Virus record (IMG/VR): IMGVR_UViG_3300033073_000980 | Coordinates: 8,080-72,079 of that record | DNA: 64,000 nt | Reading direction: 5' to 3' (one strand) | From: a virus | Taxonomy: Duplodnaviria > Caudoviricetes | Part shown: piece by piece, positions 18,223 through 26,629 of the stretch | Layout of the letters: each line of letters starts with the position of its first letter | How positions within the stretch are numbered: position 1 is the first letter of the stretch | The notes under the pieces: model-generated | What the model was told of the DNA's origin: nothing | Database searches by the model: none | The model's input: the letters and a program-made list of their open reading frames with translations, nothing else | Translations under genes and position numbers: made by a program

Positions 18223-18831
18223 TTATAATGTATCGTAGTAAGCGTTTTGTTTTTCCTGTCTTTCGATTGTCTTAGGGTGAATTAAAGATAGAACATCTAC
18301 CTCAGGAAGTACTGTAAAGTGCCTATAGCCTTCAATAACTTCGTGAACTTTATTCCTCCATTTAATATCTGAATTGTTTCTATAAATTCTAGTTTGGTAG
18401 TCAGGGTAGTTTACTCTTCCGTTCTTAACTCTCCAACCCCATTTTTGTATATGCTCCTCGGTGAGACCACTTACGGTATTAATCCGAGGAACATAATACA
18501 AATCTACTTCCGGATTTGCTTCAAGTATTTGATGAAGCAGTTCAATAAATTCGTCCGGAAGATACTCATCAGCATCAATCTGGAATATAAAATCTCCAGT
18601 GCAGAGGCTGCTCAGTTTGTTTTTCCAGTCAGCAAAATGTCCATCAAAGTTATCCCAAACTAATTTAATTCCTTCTACTGATTGTAGGTAATCAAATACT
18701 TCCTTTGTGCCATTGTTATCGTACAGGACAACTATTTCATCTTCGGAATGCTTTTGAGTAATTAACTGAGAGAGTAATCTTTCAATCTCTGTAAGTTCGT
18801 TACAGACTGTGACGGCATAGCTAACTTTCAT
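18223..18831 (-). CDS. glycosyltransferase family 2
   Basis: VSYAVTVCNE, IFQIDADE, YPDYQTRIY, VHE; start revised to 18831. Confidence 0.85.
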   Translation of the reverse strand: MKVSYAVTVCNELTEIERLLSQLITQKHSEDEIVVLYDNNGTKEVFDYLQSVEGIKLVWDNFDGHFADWKNKLSSLCTGDFIFQIDADEYLPDEFIELLHQILEANPEVDLYYVPRINTVSGLTEEHIQKWGWRVKNGRVNYPDYQTRIYRNNSDIKWRNKVHEVIEGYRHFTVLPEVDVLSLIHPKTIERQEKQNAYYDTL

Positions 18832-18847
18832 AATAGTAATATATGAA

Positions 18848-19303
18848 TTAAGACTGGAACATGCCAATGTATTCTAGAGCTTCTATGAAGTCTTTTTCTC
18901 CAAAGTACTTAGCTGTAGACATATCCATTCTGTATTCATAATATTCGTTTTTCTTACCTGGCTTAGGATACTTCTTCTTCTCTTCTTCTGTTACTTTAAC
19001 TGCCTTCACTCCAGTCCAGCGCCAGTTGTCTCGGTTGTTTCCTTGAGCAAACACCATTCCTTTATCAGGATGATTAACCATATTTGGCATCCAAACCTTT
19101 CCATGCTGATCAGTGATCATAAGGTCTTTGTAAAGCTCAGGAAGGATTTCAGCCTGCTGGGCTAGGAATTCACTCCCTTCAGTCATAAGACTGTTAGAGA
19201 GGAATCCACAACCGTAGCAAAGGTAGTTAGTAATTTCAGGAGATACTTCCTGAGTATAGCAGGCATCAGAGCCGCATCTATCACAAATTGTTAAATTGTC
19301 CAT
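18848..19303 (-). CDS. Zn-ribbon hypothetical protein
   Basis: CDRCGSDAC...CYGCG. Confidence 0.7.
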   Translation of the reverse strand: MDNLTICDRCGSDACYTQEVSPEITNYLCYGCGFLSNSLMTEGSEFLAQQAEILPELYKDLMITDQHGKVWMPNMVNHPDKGMVFAQGNNRDNWRWTGVKAVKVTEEEKKKYPKPGKKNEYYEYRMDMSTAKYFGEKDFIEALEYIGMFQS

Positions 19304-20604
19304 TATAACTTCTTCAATTTAGGTAATTCAATTTTCTTTAGAGTAGGTAGTTGTAACTTAACTTCTTTTGGAAACTCTGGGATATGCTTTTCAAAATAGC
19401 TTCCTAGTTTCTCTTTCATCTTCTCGTAAGAGAATTCTGATTTAGATCTAAAGGCCTGTCTCTTTGCATTCTCAGAATACTTTTTATAGTTCTCAAATAC
19501 ATCCTTCAAGTAATGCCCTACATAACCTAAGTCGGGTGAGAACCAAGAAGATTCAGCCAAGATCATATTAGGCACTACTGCACTTGCATGTACTGGTTTA
19601 ACCTCTCCTCCTACCATAGGAATAAGCTCTGGATCTAAATAATCAGTATGTCCAGACCAATTAGTAGTTATGATTGGTTTCTTTACTAGAGAGAATTCAA
19701 GCAAAGGTCTTCCAAAGCCTTCTCCTTTAGTCAAGTTAACCATCGCTTTTACTTTAGGATGATTGTAGAGCTGGTTAATTTCATTATCTGAGAATTCACC
19801 ATGAAGTAGATAAACGTTAGGTACATTAACAGAATTAACTGTGCTTCTAATCATTGCAATCCTTTTCAAGATCTCTTCCCGGTCCATATAAGATGTTCCT
19901 GTGATTGATGTTTTTAAGATCAATGCAGGCTTCTTCATCTTATTCTTGAACGTTTCGTAGAATGCTTTTACTAGTAACCCAACGTTCTTTCTATCCTCTC
20001 CAACATCACCTTGCAGCCAATGACCTACAAACAGGTAAGCAAAGTCTTCTTTAATGTTAGAAAGGTCTATAGAGGTTATCTCTTTAGTTTCAATCGGCTT
20101 GTATACATCAATGTTAGCTCCTTCAAACAACACCTCAACCGGTTTTTCTAATTTAACCATTTTAACTATTTGATTAGTCTGTTGGTCTCTCTGTTCGAAA
20201 GTAGAATCCTCAAATACCTTCTTTGCATGCTCTGAAGATACATAAGTAATGTTCATTCTGTTAACTCCTTCAACCCATTCCGGAGCACACATCGTAGTTT
20301 CAATACCGGCTGTGAATCCGATATTGTACTTACCAACTGGTTGGAACTCATTAGGAACTGTAACTTGGGCCCAGATCTCCGGCTGCTTTGGCAGCTGAGG
20401 CTGTCTCAACATATGCTCTTCAAGGAAGCCCCAACTCTCCTGATGGTCTTGAATAAAGTTCCAAGGAGTGTTTCCCCATCGTTGAGGAAGAATTTTAACA
20501 TCGTACTTATCTAATTCGATGATTGCTTTGACCAAGTCTCTTGATCTTGATCCATACCCAGAGTAGGTATCAATAGGACAACTTATTACAAATAACGGCT
20601 TCAT
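19303..20604 (-). CDS. GT4-like glycosyltransferase
   Basis: YSGYG, EDRKNVGLL, TKGEGFGRPLLEF, NWSGH. Confidence 0.88.
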   Translation of the reverse strand: MKPLFVISCPIDTYSGYGSRSRDLVKAIIELDKYDVKILPQRWGNTPWNFIQDHQESWGFLEEHMLRQPQLPKQPEIWAQVTVPNEFQPVGKYNIGFTAGIETTMCAPEWVEGVNRMNITYVSSEHAKKVFEDSTFEQRDQQTNQIVKMVKLEKPVEVLFEGANIDVYKPIETKEITSIDLSNIKEDFAYLFVGHWLQGDVGEDRKNVGLLVKAFYETFKNKMKKPALILKTSITGTSYMDREEILKRIAMIRSTVNSVNVPNVYLLHGEFSDNEINQLYNHPKVKAMVNLTKGEGFGRPLLEFSLVKKPIITTNWSGHTDYLDPELIPMVGGEVKPVHASAVVPNMILAESSWFSPDLGYVGHYLKDVFENYKKYSENAKRQAFRSKSEFSYEKMKEKLGSYFEKHIPEFPKEVKLQLPTLKKIELPKLKKL

Positions 20605-22040
20605 TAATAAACTAATTTATGAACTAACTTCTTTTTAGCAACTTCTCCTGCAAGGACTAATTCGTATTTCTCTCTTGGCTTCCAAGTTTCAAATAGAACA
20701 TCCATATGCTTAATAATTTTATCACTCATCTTCTGAGAAGTGAATCCTGCTTCATCTCCTGTAGCCCATACCCGGCCTGCTTCTCCTCTTGCCTTTCTTT
20801 CTTCAGCACCAAGTTCATAAACGGCCTGGATTTGTTTTGCAGCATCCTCTGCCTCACATCGATCATCGTAGATGTATGGAGTCGGAATTGATCCTACTAT
20901 CGATCTTGAAGTTGGGAATACTGGGAAGGCCCACTCTCCACACTCCTTATAAGTACCTCTGTGGTTACTTGGAAAGTCTGCATCAAAGTCCAACCACTTA
21001 CCATCTTTAACAAATCGCATCTGATCCTGCATACCGCCGGTAACGTTTGCAATAATGGGCGTTGCTGAAAGCAATGCTTCGGTCAAACTCAAACCCCATC
21101 CCTCATTCGAAGTTAATAGAATGCAAGTATCAGCCAGGTTATACAACCAGTTCATCCTAATTGAATCGAACATACCTCCTGTGAAATGAACATTGCAATA
21201 ATCCTCCGGACATAACAATTCAATAACTGCATTCAAGTCTGTACCATGCTCATCGGCCGGCTGGGTATGAAGAAGTAGTAAGCACTTCTGTGCTTTCTCT
21301 TTCGGTAAGGTATCCACAAAATGCCTGAATGCCAAGATTGTATCCGGGATCTGTTTCCGGCGAATGTTACGCGAATTAAATAGAACGACGAAGTCGATCT
21401 CCTTTCCTTGAAACATCTGCTTTTTAAACTCTTTAAACTCTTTTGAGTCTAATTCACTTTCAGTCAAAGGTCTAAAATTGTTTTCATTAACTCCGTGAGG
21501 TACATACTCAATCATTTTATATTGAGCCTTCTCTCCTAAGACGAGTTTGTTGATATTAACCGTCTGTTTTGAAATACCGAACAATGCATCACAAGACTCA
21601 TAGAACTCCTTGTTGTAGAGAGGTGCAGGATAGTCATCCCAAATATTCAAATACACAATCGGGATGTGCTTTCTAATTTCATTCTCCATTTGGAACAACC
21701 AAGTCCAATAACGTGGATCGGTAATGATAAAGATTGCATCTGGCTTTTCAATTGCAATCAATTGACGTACTAGATCGGGACTACCGTACCCGTCGGTTGG
21801 GTAGAGCATGACAGAGGCATCTTGGATGCCGATCTGTTTGCCGGTATCGTCGGAGAGGTCAAAGCGTTGACCGGCTTCCGGGTGCTTAATAGCACCTCCA
21901 ACGTTTACCCAATTGTAGTGGTGGGCGGTGTTAATTACTAACTCCCTTCCCATGTGCGCGATTCCGGAATGAACGCGAATGTCATCGCACATCAATAAAA
22001 TTTTCTTTCGTTTGTCTTTTGGTATATAACCGTCTTTCAT
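20604..22040 (-). CDS. GT4-like glycosyltransferase
   Basis: HSGIA, NSRNIRRK, SNEGWGLSLTEAL, NVTGGMQDQ. Confidence 0.9.
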   Translation of the reverse strand: MKDGYIPKDKRKKILLMCDDIRVHSGIAHMGRELVINTAHHYNWVNVGGAIKHPEAGQRFDLSDDTGKQIGIQDASVMLYPTDGYGSPDLVRQLIAIEKPDAIFIITDPRYWTWLFQMENEIRKHIPIVYLNIWDDYPAPLYNKEFYESCDALFGISKQTVNINKLVLGEKAQYKMIEYVPHGVNENNFRPLTESELDSKEFKEFKKQMFQGKEIDFVVLFNSRNIRRKQIPDTILAFRHFVDTLPKEKAQKCLLLLHTQPADEHGTDLNAVIELLCPEDYCNVHFTGGMFDSIRMNWLYNLADTCILLTSNEGWGLSLTEALLSATPIIANVTGGMQDQMRFVKDGKWLDFDADFPSNHRGTYKECGEWAFPVFPTSRSIVGSIPTPYIYDDRCEAEDAAKQIQAVYELGAEERKARGEAGRVWATGDEAGFTSQKMSDKIIKHMDVLFETWKPREKYELVLAGEVAKKKLVHKLVY

Positions 22041-22082
22041 AATATAACTTTAAAATAACTAATTAATTGTAAAAGGGCAAGC

Positions 22083-22271
22083 TCAATCCTCTTGGTGGTT
22101 GAGAATAGCCCGGCGGAAGTCTTGGTCGTTCAAATAAAGGTCCATGCATCGATTAACCAAGTTCGTGAGTGTGAACCTGTCGCGTACGCATTCTACTTTG
22201 AAGTCATTGAAGCGGTCTTGCTCTACCTTCACGGAGGTCAAAACCATTTTCTTTTCTGTAACTTTTGTCAT
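22083..22271 (-). CDS. ribbon-helix-helix DNA-binding protein
   Basis: TSVKV strand followed by two helices (FNDFKVEC; LTNLVNRCMDLY). Confidence 0.65.
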   Translation of the reverse strand: MTKVTEKKMVLTSVKVEQDRFNDFKVECVRDRFTLTNLVNRCMDLYLNDQDFRRAILNHQED

Positions 22272-22283
22272 AATATATTTTAT

Positions 22284-22291
22284 TATAAATA
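22284..22291 (-). promoter_or_regulatory. class 2 (TATTTATA) putative late promoter
   Basis: TATTTATA 12 nt upstream of the ATG at 22271. Confidence 0.5.
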
Positions 22292-22320
22292 TATATGGTA
22301 GAAAAATCGCGGTCCAAATC

Positions 22321-23274
22321 TTACTTTATTTTTGCCCCTGCGTACTCGCAATGCTGCGGCTGTTCGTAAAACGGACAAAACTTACAAGCACTTGCCGAAG
22401 GAGTTCTTGGATACACTCTCTCTTTTATCTCCCCTGTCGGTTCGAAACATTCTCTAATAAACTCTTCCATTTTCCCCACAGCTTTCTTTGTCTTTATTGG
22501 ACCGGAAGCCGGAATAAACTCCTGCACTCTCTTTTGGACGAAGTCCGACTGTTCCCAAATCTTTCTCTTAACAATAAAGAACTTGATGTGGATCTTCTCC
22601 GGATCAATTCCAAACTGTTTATTAAAGAAATTCTTATAGAGAATCAATTGAGATTGTTTCATCTCATCTTTCTTTTCTTTATCACCCCATCCCCGAGTCG
22701 AAGTCTTGATATCAAAAATATGATACTCATCCGAAGGTTCATGGTATAGAACTAAATCGATAAATCCTTTAAATAGTACTCCCGAGTAGTCTTCCACTGG
22801 TTGAACCATTAGAGGGATTTCAACTCCAACTAAATGCCAGCCTTGCTTACCAAAGTAAGCTGCTCTATTCTTTTTAATGTACTTAAGGATAGTGCAGCCG
22901 TCTTCGTAAAACTCTTTTAAGTCTTTGGCCTCAACAAAATGCTCATCGTTATTATTCTTCTTCTCGTCTGAGTAATGGAAGATTAATCCTTGGTAAAGTT
23001 TATCTTCTAAGTCCATTGCATCAGCTGCCACTCCAGATACTTCATACAAGGTTGTTAACCACTCCTGAACCGTTTCATGAAATGCTTTTCCGAATACTGT
23101 ATGAACGGAAGGCTTATAGACTTTGATCTTATCTTTATAAGTTAACTTCCAACGATGAGGACATTGGTTATAGACCTGCATCTGAGAATAAGAAATATTC
23201 TTCTGAGTCTCTTTATTGATCTCTAGAAGTTTATGCTCCCGGATCTCTTTAATTACTTTCGGTAGCTTGGTCAT
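22321..23274 (-). CDS. PD-(D/E)XK Cas4/RecB-like exonuclease
   Basis: SYSQMQVYNQCP, GFIDL, DIKTS, QLILY, CKFCPF...C (1+3 Cys pattern); start revised to 23274. Confidence 0.85.
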   Translation of the reverse strand: MTKLPKVIKEIREHKLLEINKETQKNISYSQMQVYNQCPHRWKLTYKDKIKVYKPSVHTVFGKAFHETVQEWLTTLYEVSGVAADAMDLEDKLYQGLIFHYSDEKKNNNDEHFVEAKDLKEFYEDGCTILKYIKKNRAAYFGKQGWHLVGVEIPLMVQPVEDYSGVLFKGFIDLVLYHEPSDEYHIFDIKTSTRGWGDKEKKDEMKQSQLILYKNFFNKQFGIDPEKIHIKFFIVKRKIWEQSDFVQKRVQEFIPASGPIKTKKAVGKMEEFIRECFEPTGEIKERVYPRTPSASACKFCPFYEQPQHCEYAGAKIK

Positions 23275-23485
23275 TGATCTCCTGTTTGAGTCTTTCCAAA
23301 TAGAGAATACCATCCATAAGTTCTTCTTGGGCGTGGTTGATCCATTCTACTTTAGAAAGATCTTTTCTATCGAGAGTGTTGTTGTACTTAGTAAAGCCCA
23401 TCTCAGCTCTATCAACAAACTTGTTTAGGATAGCGTCCACTACCGAATCGGGAACAAAGGAAGTATAATTAATCTTCTTGCTCAT
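23249..23485 (-). CDS. small all-alpha protein, possibly MazG-like nucleotide pyrophosphohydrolase
   Basis: KYNNTLDR...WINHAQEELMDGILYL (EExxD helix). Confidence 0.5.
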   Translation of the reverse strand: MSKKINYTSFVPDSVVDAILNKFVDRAEMGFTKYNNTLDRKDLSKVEWINHAQEELMDGILYLERLKQEINDQATESN

Positions 23486-23714
23486 CAGCGTATTCCTCTC
23501 TCAAGTCTTTAGGTAAAGTATCTAACAGAATCTTTCCTGTTTGAACGTCGTAGAATACCGGCACAGGCATCACTGCATCTTCACTAGTACCTGCAACAAA
23601 GCGGGAAATCTTTCTTAGGACAACACCTTCTGCAAAGACGTGATTGCCTTCAGGTGAAGTTACCGGTTGGGTGTTTTTAAGGTCAATGTTAATTTTTAAG
23701 TCTTGATTCTTCAT
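23469..23714 (-). CDS. hypothetical protein
   Basis: 81-aa ORF in an overlapping gene chain. Confidence 0.7.
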   Translation of the reverse strand: MKNQDLKINIDLKNTQPVTSPEGNHVFAEGVVLRKISRFVAGTSEDAVMPVPVFYDVQTGKILLDTLPKDLREEYADEQED

Positions 23715-23907
23715 GTTCTTGTTTATGTTTTTTCCAATCTAAGTAAAAGCCAGCAGCAACTAAAATATTCATTCCAAACGAAGCAATTATCTCGTAGATG
23801 TCTTCATACACGTTCATTGTTAAGTGAACATGGCCAACCATCCAGAATGGAATAGATAAGTTACCTGATATCCAAGATAAGGTATATCTCAGAAAAAGCC
23901 ACCTCAT
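23689..23907 (-). CDS. 2-TM membrane protein
   Basis: Two hydrophobic segments. Confidence 0.6.
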   Translation of the reverse strand: MRWLFLRYTLSWISGNLSIPFWMVGHVHLTMNVYEDIYEIIASFGMNILVAAGFYLDWKKHKQEHEESRLKN

Positions 23908-24170
23908 ACTATATAATCTCCGTAAATAGAGTATTGCTTTGGTTTCTCTTCTTCAATTTCTACTTCACTGGTTCTGATTGCAAATAGCTTTCCTTGAATA
24001 GGTTCCAGGCGATAGGCAATCGGCTTATTACTTGCTTTCTGGTAATAAGCTTCCAAAGCATCAGTTATGCTCTTCCTGATCTCTGTCTCCCCCTCCAAGG
24101 TCCATCTGTCCCCCGGTGGTGTCCTCTGAGCTATCAGCTGTAAGCTCTCCTTGATTTCTGTCTTGTTCAT
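23904..24170 (-). CDS. hypothetical protein
   Basis: 88-aa ORF, ATGA overlap. Confidence 0.65.
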   Translation of the reverse strand: MNKTEIKESLQLIAQRTPPGDRWTLEGETEIRKSITDALEAYYQKASNKPIAYRLEPIQGKLFAIRTSEVEIEEEKPKQYSIYGDYIV

Positions 24171-24369
24171 CTTCTATTGGTTCAATTACTTGTACTTCGT
24201 TAACAAAATAATATTCGTCTCCGTGTTTGAATACTTTCTCGGCATGCCAAGCATCTTTCATTTCGTTAGTTGATTCGGTCGGGAGAACAGCTCCCATTTT
24301 GACCTTTAGTATCCTAACGATCTCATACATGGTATCCTGTATATAAACTGTTCTCCCTAACCCAACCAT
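24061..24369 (-). CDS. hypothetical protein
   Basis: TAATG overlap with the groEL stop; C-terminus overlaps the next ORF. Confidence 0.55.
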   Translation of the reverse strand: MVGLGRTVYIQDTMYEIVRILKVKMGAVLPTESTNEMKDAWHAEKVFKHGDEYYFVNEVQVIEPIEDEQDRNQGELTADSSEDTTGGQMDLGGGDRDQEEHN

Positions 24370-25994
24370 TATCCTAACATTAACTGCTTGGTCATATCAT
24401 CCATGTCGTTAGAACCGTTCTGAGAAGGTTCGTCTGCAACGACACATTCGGTCAATAGGATTGTTCCTGCTACTGATGCTGCATTCTCCAAAGCCGTTCT
24501 AGTTACTTTGAATGGATCAATAATCCCGGCATCTTTCATATTATCGAGGTTCTCTTCTTTAATATTCCAGCCTGTCCACATATCAGGAGTAGCGTTAATC
24601 TTAGCAACAATATAACTCACCTCCATAGAATCATAACCGGCATTGGTTAAGATCTTATGAAAAGGCATTAGACATGCTGCTGAGATGATCTGATAACCGG
24701 TGCTTGTATTCTTATTAACGGCACGTGAACTTTGTAACAAAGCAATACCACCACCGGGAACAATTCCTTCTGCAATAGCAGCTCTAGTTGCATGCAAGGC
24801 ATCCTCTACTCGGTCCTTCTTCTCTTTCATTTCAAGTTCTGAATTACCTCCAACGTGGATGATTGATACACCGCCTGTAAACTTAGCTAAACGCTCTTGA
24901 AGCTTCTCCATCTCAAAAGGACTCTTTGCATTATCGATCTGAGCTTTCAAGTCTTCAATACGAGAAGTAATAGCATCCATATCACCTTTACCGTCAATGA
25001 TGGTAGTTGATTCTTTTTGGATGTTTGCTTTACGAGCTTGACCCAACCATGCTTTATCTACCCGGCTCAACTTCATTCCTTTCTCAGGAGAGATTACTTG
25101 ACCGCCGGTCAATACTGCGATGTCTTCCATGATAAGCTTTCTCCTATCACCGAAGTCAGGAGCTTTAACTGCACATACTTTGATAGTACCCCGCATCTTA
25201 TTTACAATCAAGGTAGCCAAAGCTTCGTTGTCAATATCTTCGCAGATGATCAACAATGATTTATTATCAGATGAAACTGATTCAAGAATAGGAAGAAGGT
25301 CTTTAGCCTGTGAAAGCTTCCCATCATAAATTAAAACTAAAGGACTGTCTAGTACTGCTGACATAGTTGCATTGTCAGTAACGAAGTGAGGAGATTTAAA
25401 TCCTCGATCGAACTGAATACCCTCAACTGTTTCTAGATAAGTTTCACCTGTTCTAGATTCTTCAATAGTAACAATCCCGTCTCTGCCTACTGCAGCCAAA
25501 GCCGAAGTAATTAGAGAGCCTACTTCAGGGTCGTTGTTTGCGGACACAGTTGCGATCTGGTCTAACTGCCCCTCTGAAGTAATATCTTCAACGATATTTT
25601 CTTTGATGTAAGCAATTACTTCTTTAACTGCTTTATCAATATCGCGTTTAATTTGTACTGCATTACCTCCTTCATCCAAAGCTTTCAATCCTTGGTTAGT
25701 AATGAATTGAGCTAGCAAAGTTGAGGTTGTAGTTCCATCACCGGCAATGTTTGCAGTCTTGATTGCTGCTTGCTTAAGCATATCAACGGCGATTGAATGT
25801 ACGGGGTCTTTCAAAGAGATAATCTTTGCAACCGTAACTCCGTCCTTGGTAGAACGAACTTCACCTGTCTCATTTCTATAAACAACATTTCGGCCATTAG
25901 GACCTAAAGTGGATGTAACTGCGTTAGCTAGCTTATCAATTCCTTCTGATAACTGCTTACGTGCTTGGTTTGAATATTCTATCTGCTTACTCAT
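24369..25994 (-). CDS. groEL: chaperonin GroEL
   Basis: TLGPNGRNV, TKDGVTVAK, AGDGTTTST, GIQFDRG, KAPDFGDRR, EGIVPGGG. Confidence 0.98.
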   Translation of the reverse strand: MSKQIEYSNQARKQLSEGIDKLANAVTSTLGPNGRNVVYRNETGEVRSTKDGVTVAKIISLKDPVHSIAVDMLKQAAIKTANIAGDGTTTSTLLAQFITNQGLKALDEGGNAVQIKRDIDKAVKEVIAYIKENIVEDITSEGQLDQIATVSANNDPEVGSLITSALAAVGRDGIVTIEESRTGETYLETVEGIQFDRGFKSPHFVTDNATMSAVLDSPLVLIYDGKLSQAKDLLPILESVSSDNKSLLIICEDIDNEALATLIVNKMRGTIKVCAVKAPDFGDRRKLIMEDIAVLTGGQVISPEKGMKLSRVDKAWLGQARKANIQKESTTIIDGKGDMDAITSRIEDLKAQIDNAKSPFEMEKLQERLAKFTGGVSIIHVGGNSELEMKEKKDRVEDALHATRAAIAEGIVPGGGIALLQSSRAVNKNTSTGYQIISAACLMPFHKILTNAGYDSMEVSYIVAKINATPDMWTGWNIKEENLDNMKDAGIIDPFKVTRTALENAASVAGTILLTECVVADEPSQNGSNDMDDMTKQLMLG

Positions 25995-25996
25995 AT

Positions 25997-26287
25997 TTAG
26001 TCTTCGATGATTGCTAGTATTTGATTCTCAGGACCGATGTAGTAATCTTCTCCTTTAAATTCGAATTTAGTAAAGCCCATAGTAGGAAGCACTGCAATGT
26101 CTCCAACCTTGGCTGTAGTTTCTACAAAACCAACCCCGGCAATAGTAATACCTTCTCCAACAGATACTACTTTTCCAATTTTGTTCTTTTCGTTACCCAA
26201 ATCGGGAACGATAATGTTTCCATGTAACTCTTCCTCAAACTCGTAAGGCTTAAGAATAACTGCGTTATAAATTGCTTTTAATTTCAT
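25997..26287 (-). CDS. groES: co-chaperonin GroES
   Basis: GNIIVPD mobile loop, GKVVSVGEG, KVGD, QILAII; adjacent to groEL. Confidence 0.93.
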   Translation of the reverse strand: MKLKAIYNAVILKPYEFEEELHGNIIVPDLGNEKNKIGKVVSVGEGITIAGVGFVETTAKVGDIAVLPTMGFTKFEFKGEDYYIGPENQILAIIED

Positions 26288-26571
26288 TTTATTGTGATTT
26301 GTTTTAGTTCTTGTAAACGTGCTTTGTGGTTAGAAATAAACTCCTGCAAGGAAGTGTAGTCTTGATTCTTAATTGAATCTTCCGCAATAACATCTAAGCA
26401 TCTTTCTAGATCAGAATAATAACCAATTGTCTGGTCTCTTTCTCTTCCAGAGGTTCCAGCAACAACTTTTTTAATAGCTGTGTAGCAATACTGATCGTAT
26501 TGAATGTAATAAGGTTCTAATGACGGATCGGTAATCGTGTAAATACTCGAGTTTTTCTCTTTTTTATCCAT
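26284..26571 (-). CDS. hypothetical protein
   Basis: 95-aa ORF, IGYYSDLERCL motif. Confidence 0.7.
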   Translation of the reverse strand: MDKKEKNSSIYTITDPSLEPYYIQYDQYCYTAIKKVVAGTSGRERDQTIGYYSDLERCLDVIAEDSIKNQDYTSLQEFISNHKARLQELKQITIK

Positions 26572-26580
26572 AACTTTACT

Positions 26581-26612
26581 TTAATTTATTAACTTTTATT
26601 GTAAAATGCAAC
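26581..26612 (-). promoter_or_regulatory. class 1 promoter
   Basis: GTTGC-N17-AATAAATTAA upstream of the groES/groEL run. Confidence 0.5.
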
Positions 26613-26629
26613 TTGTTTGTTTATTATAA

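Noticed and set aside
5167-22040. Host chromosomal LPS/capsule locus or contamination
   Set aside because: It is contiguous and translationally coupled with phage-type genes on both sides, uses the same strand and start context, and lacks Wzx/Wzy/ABC genes
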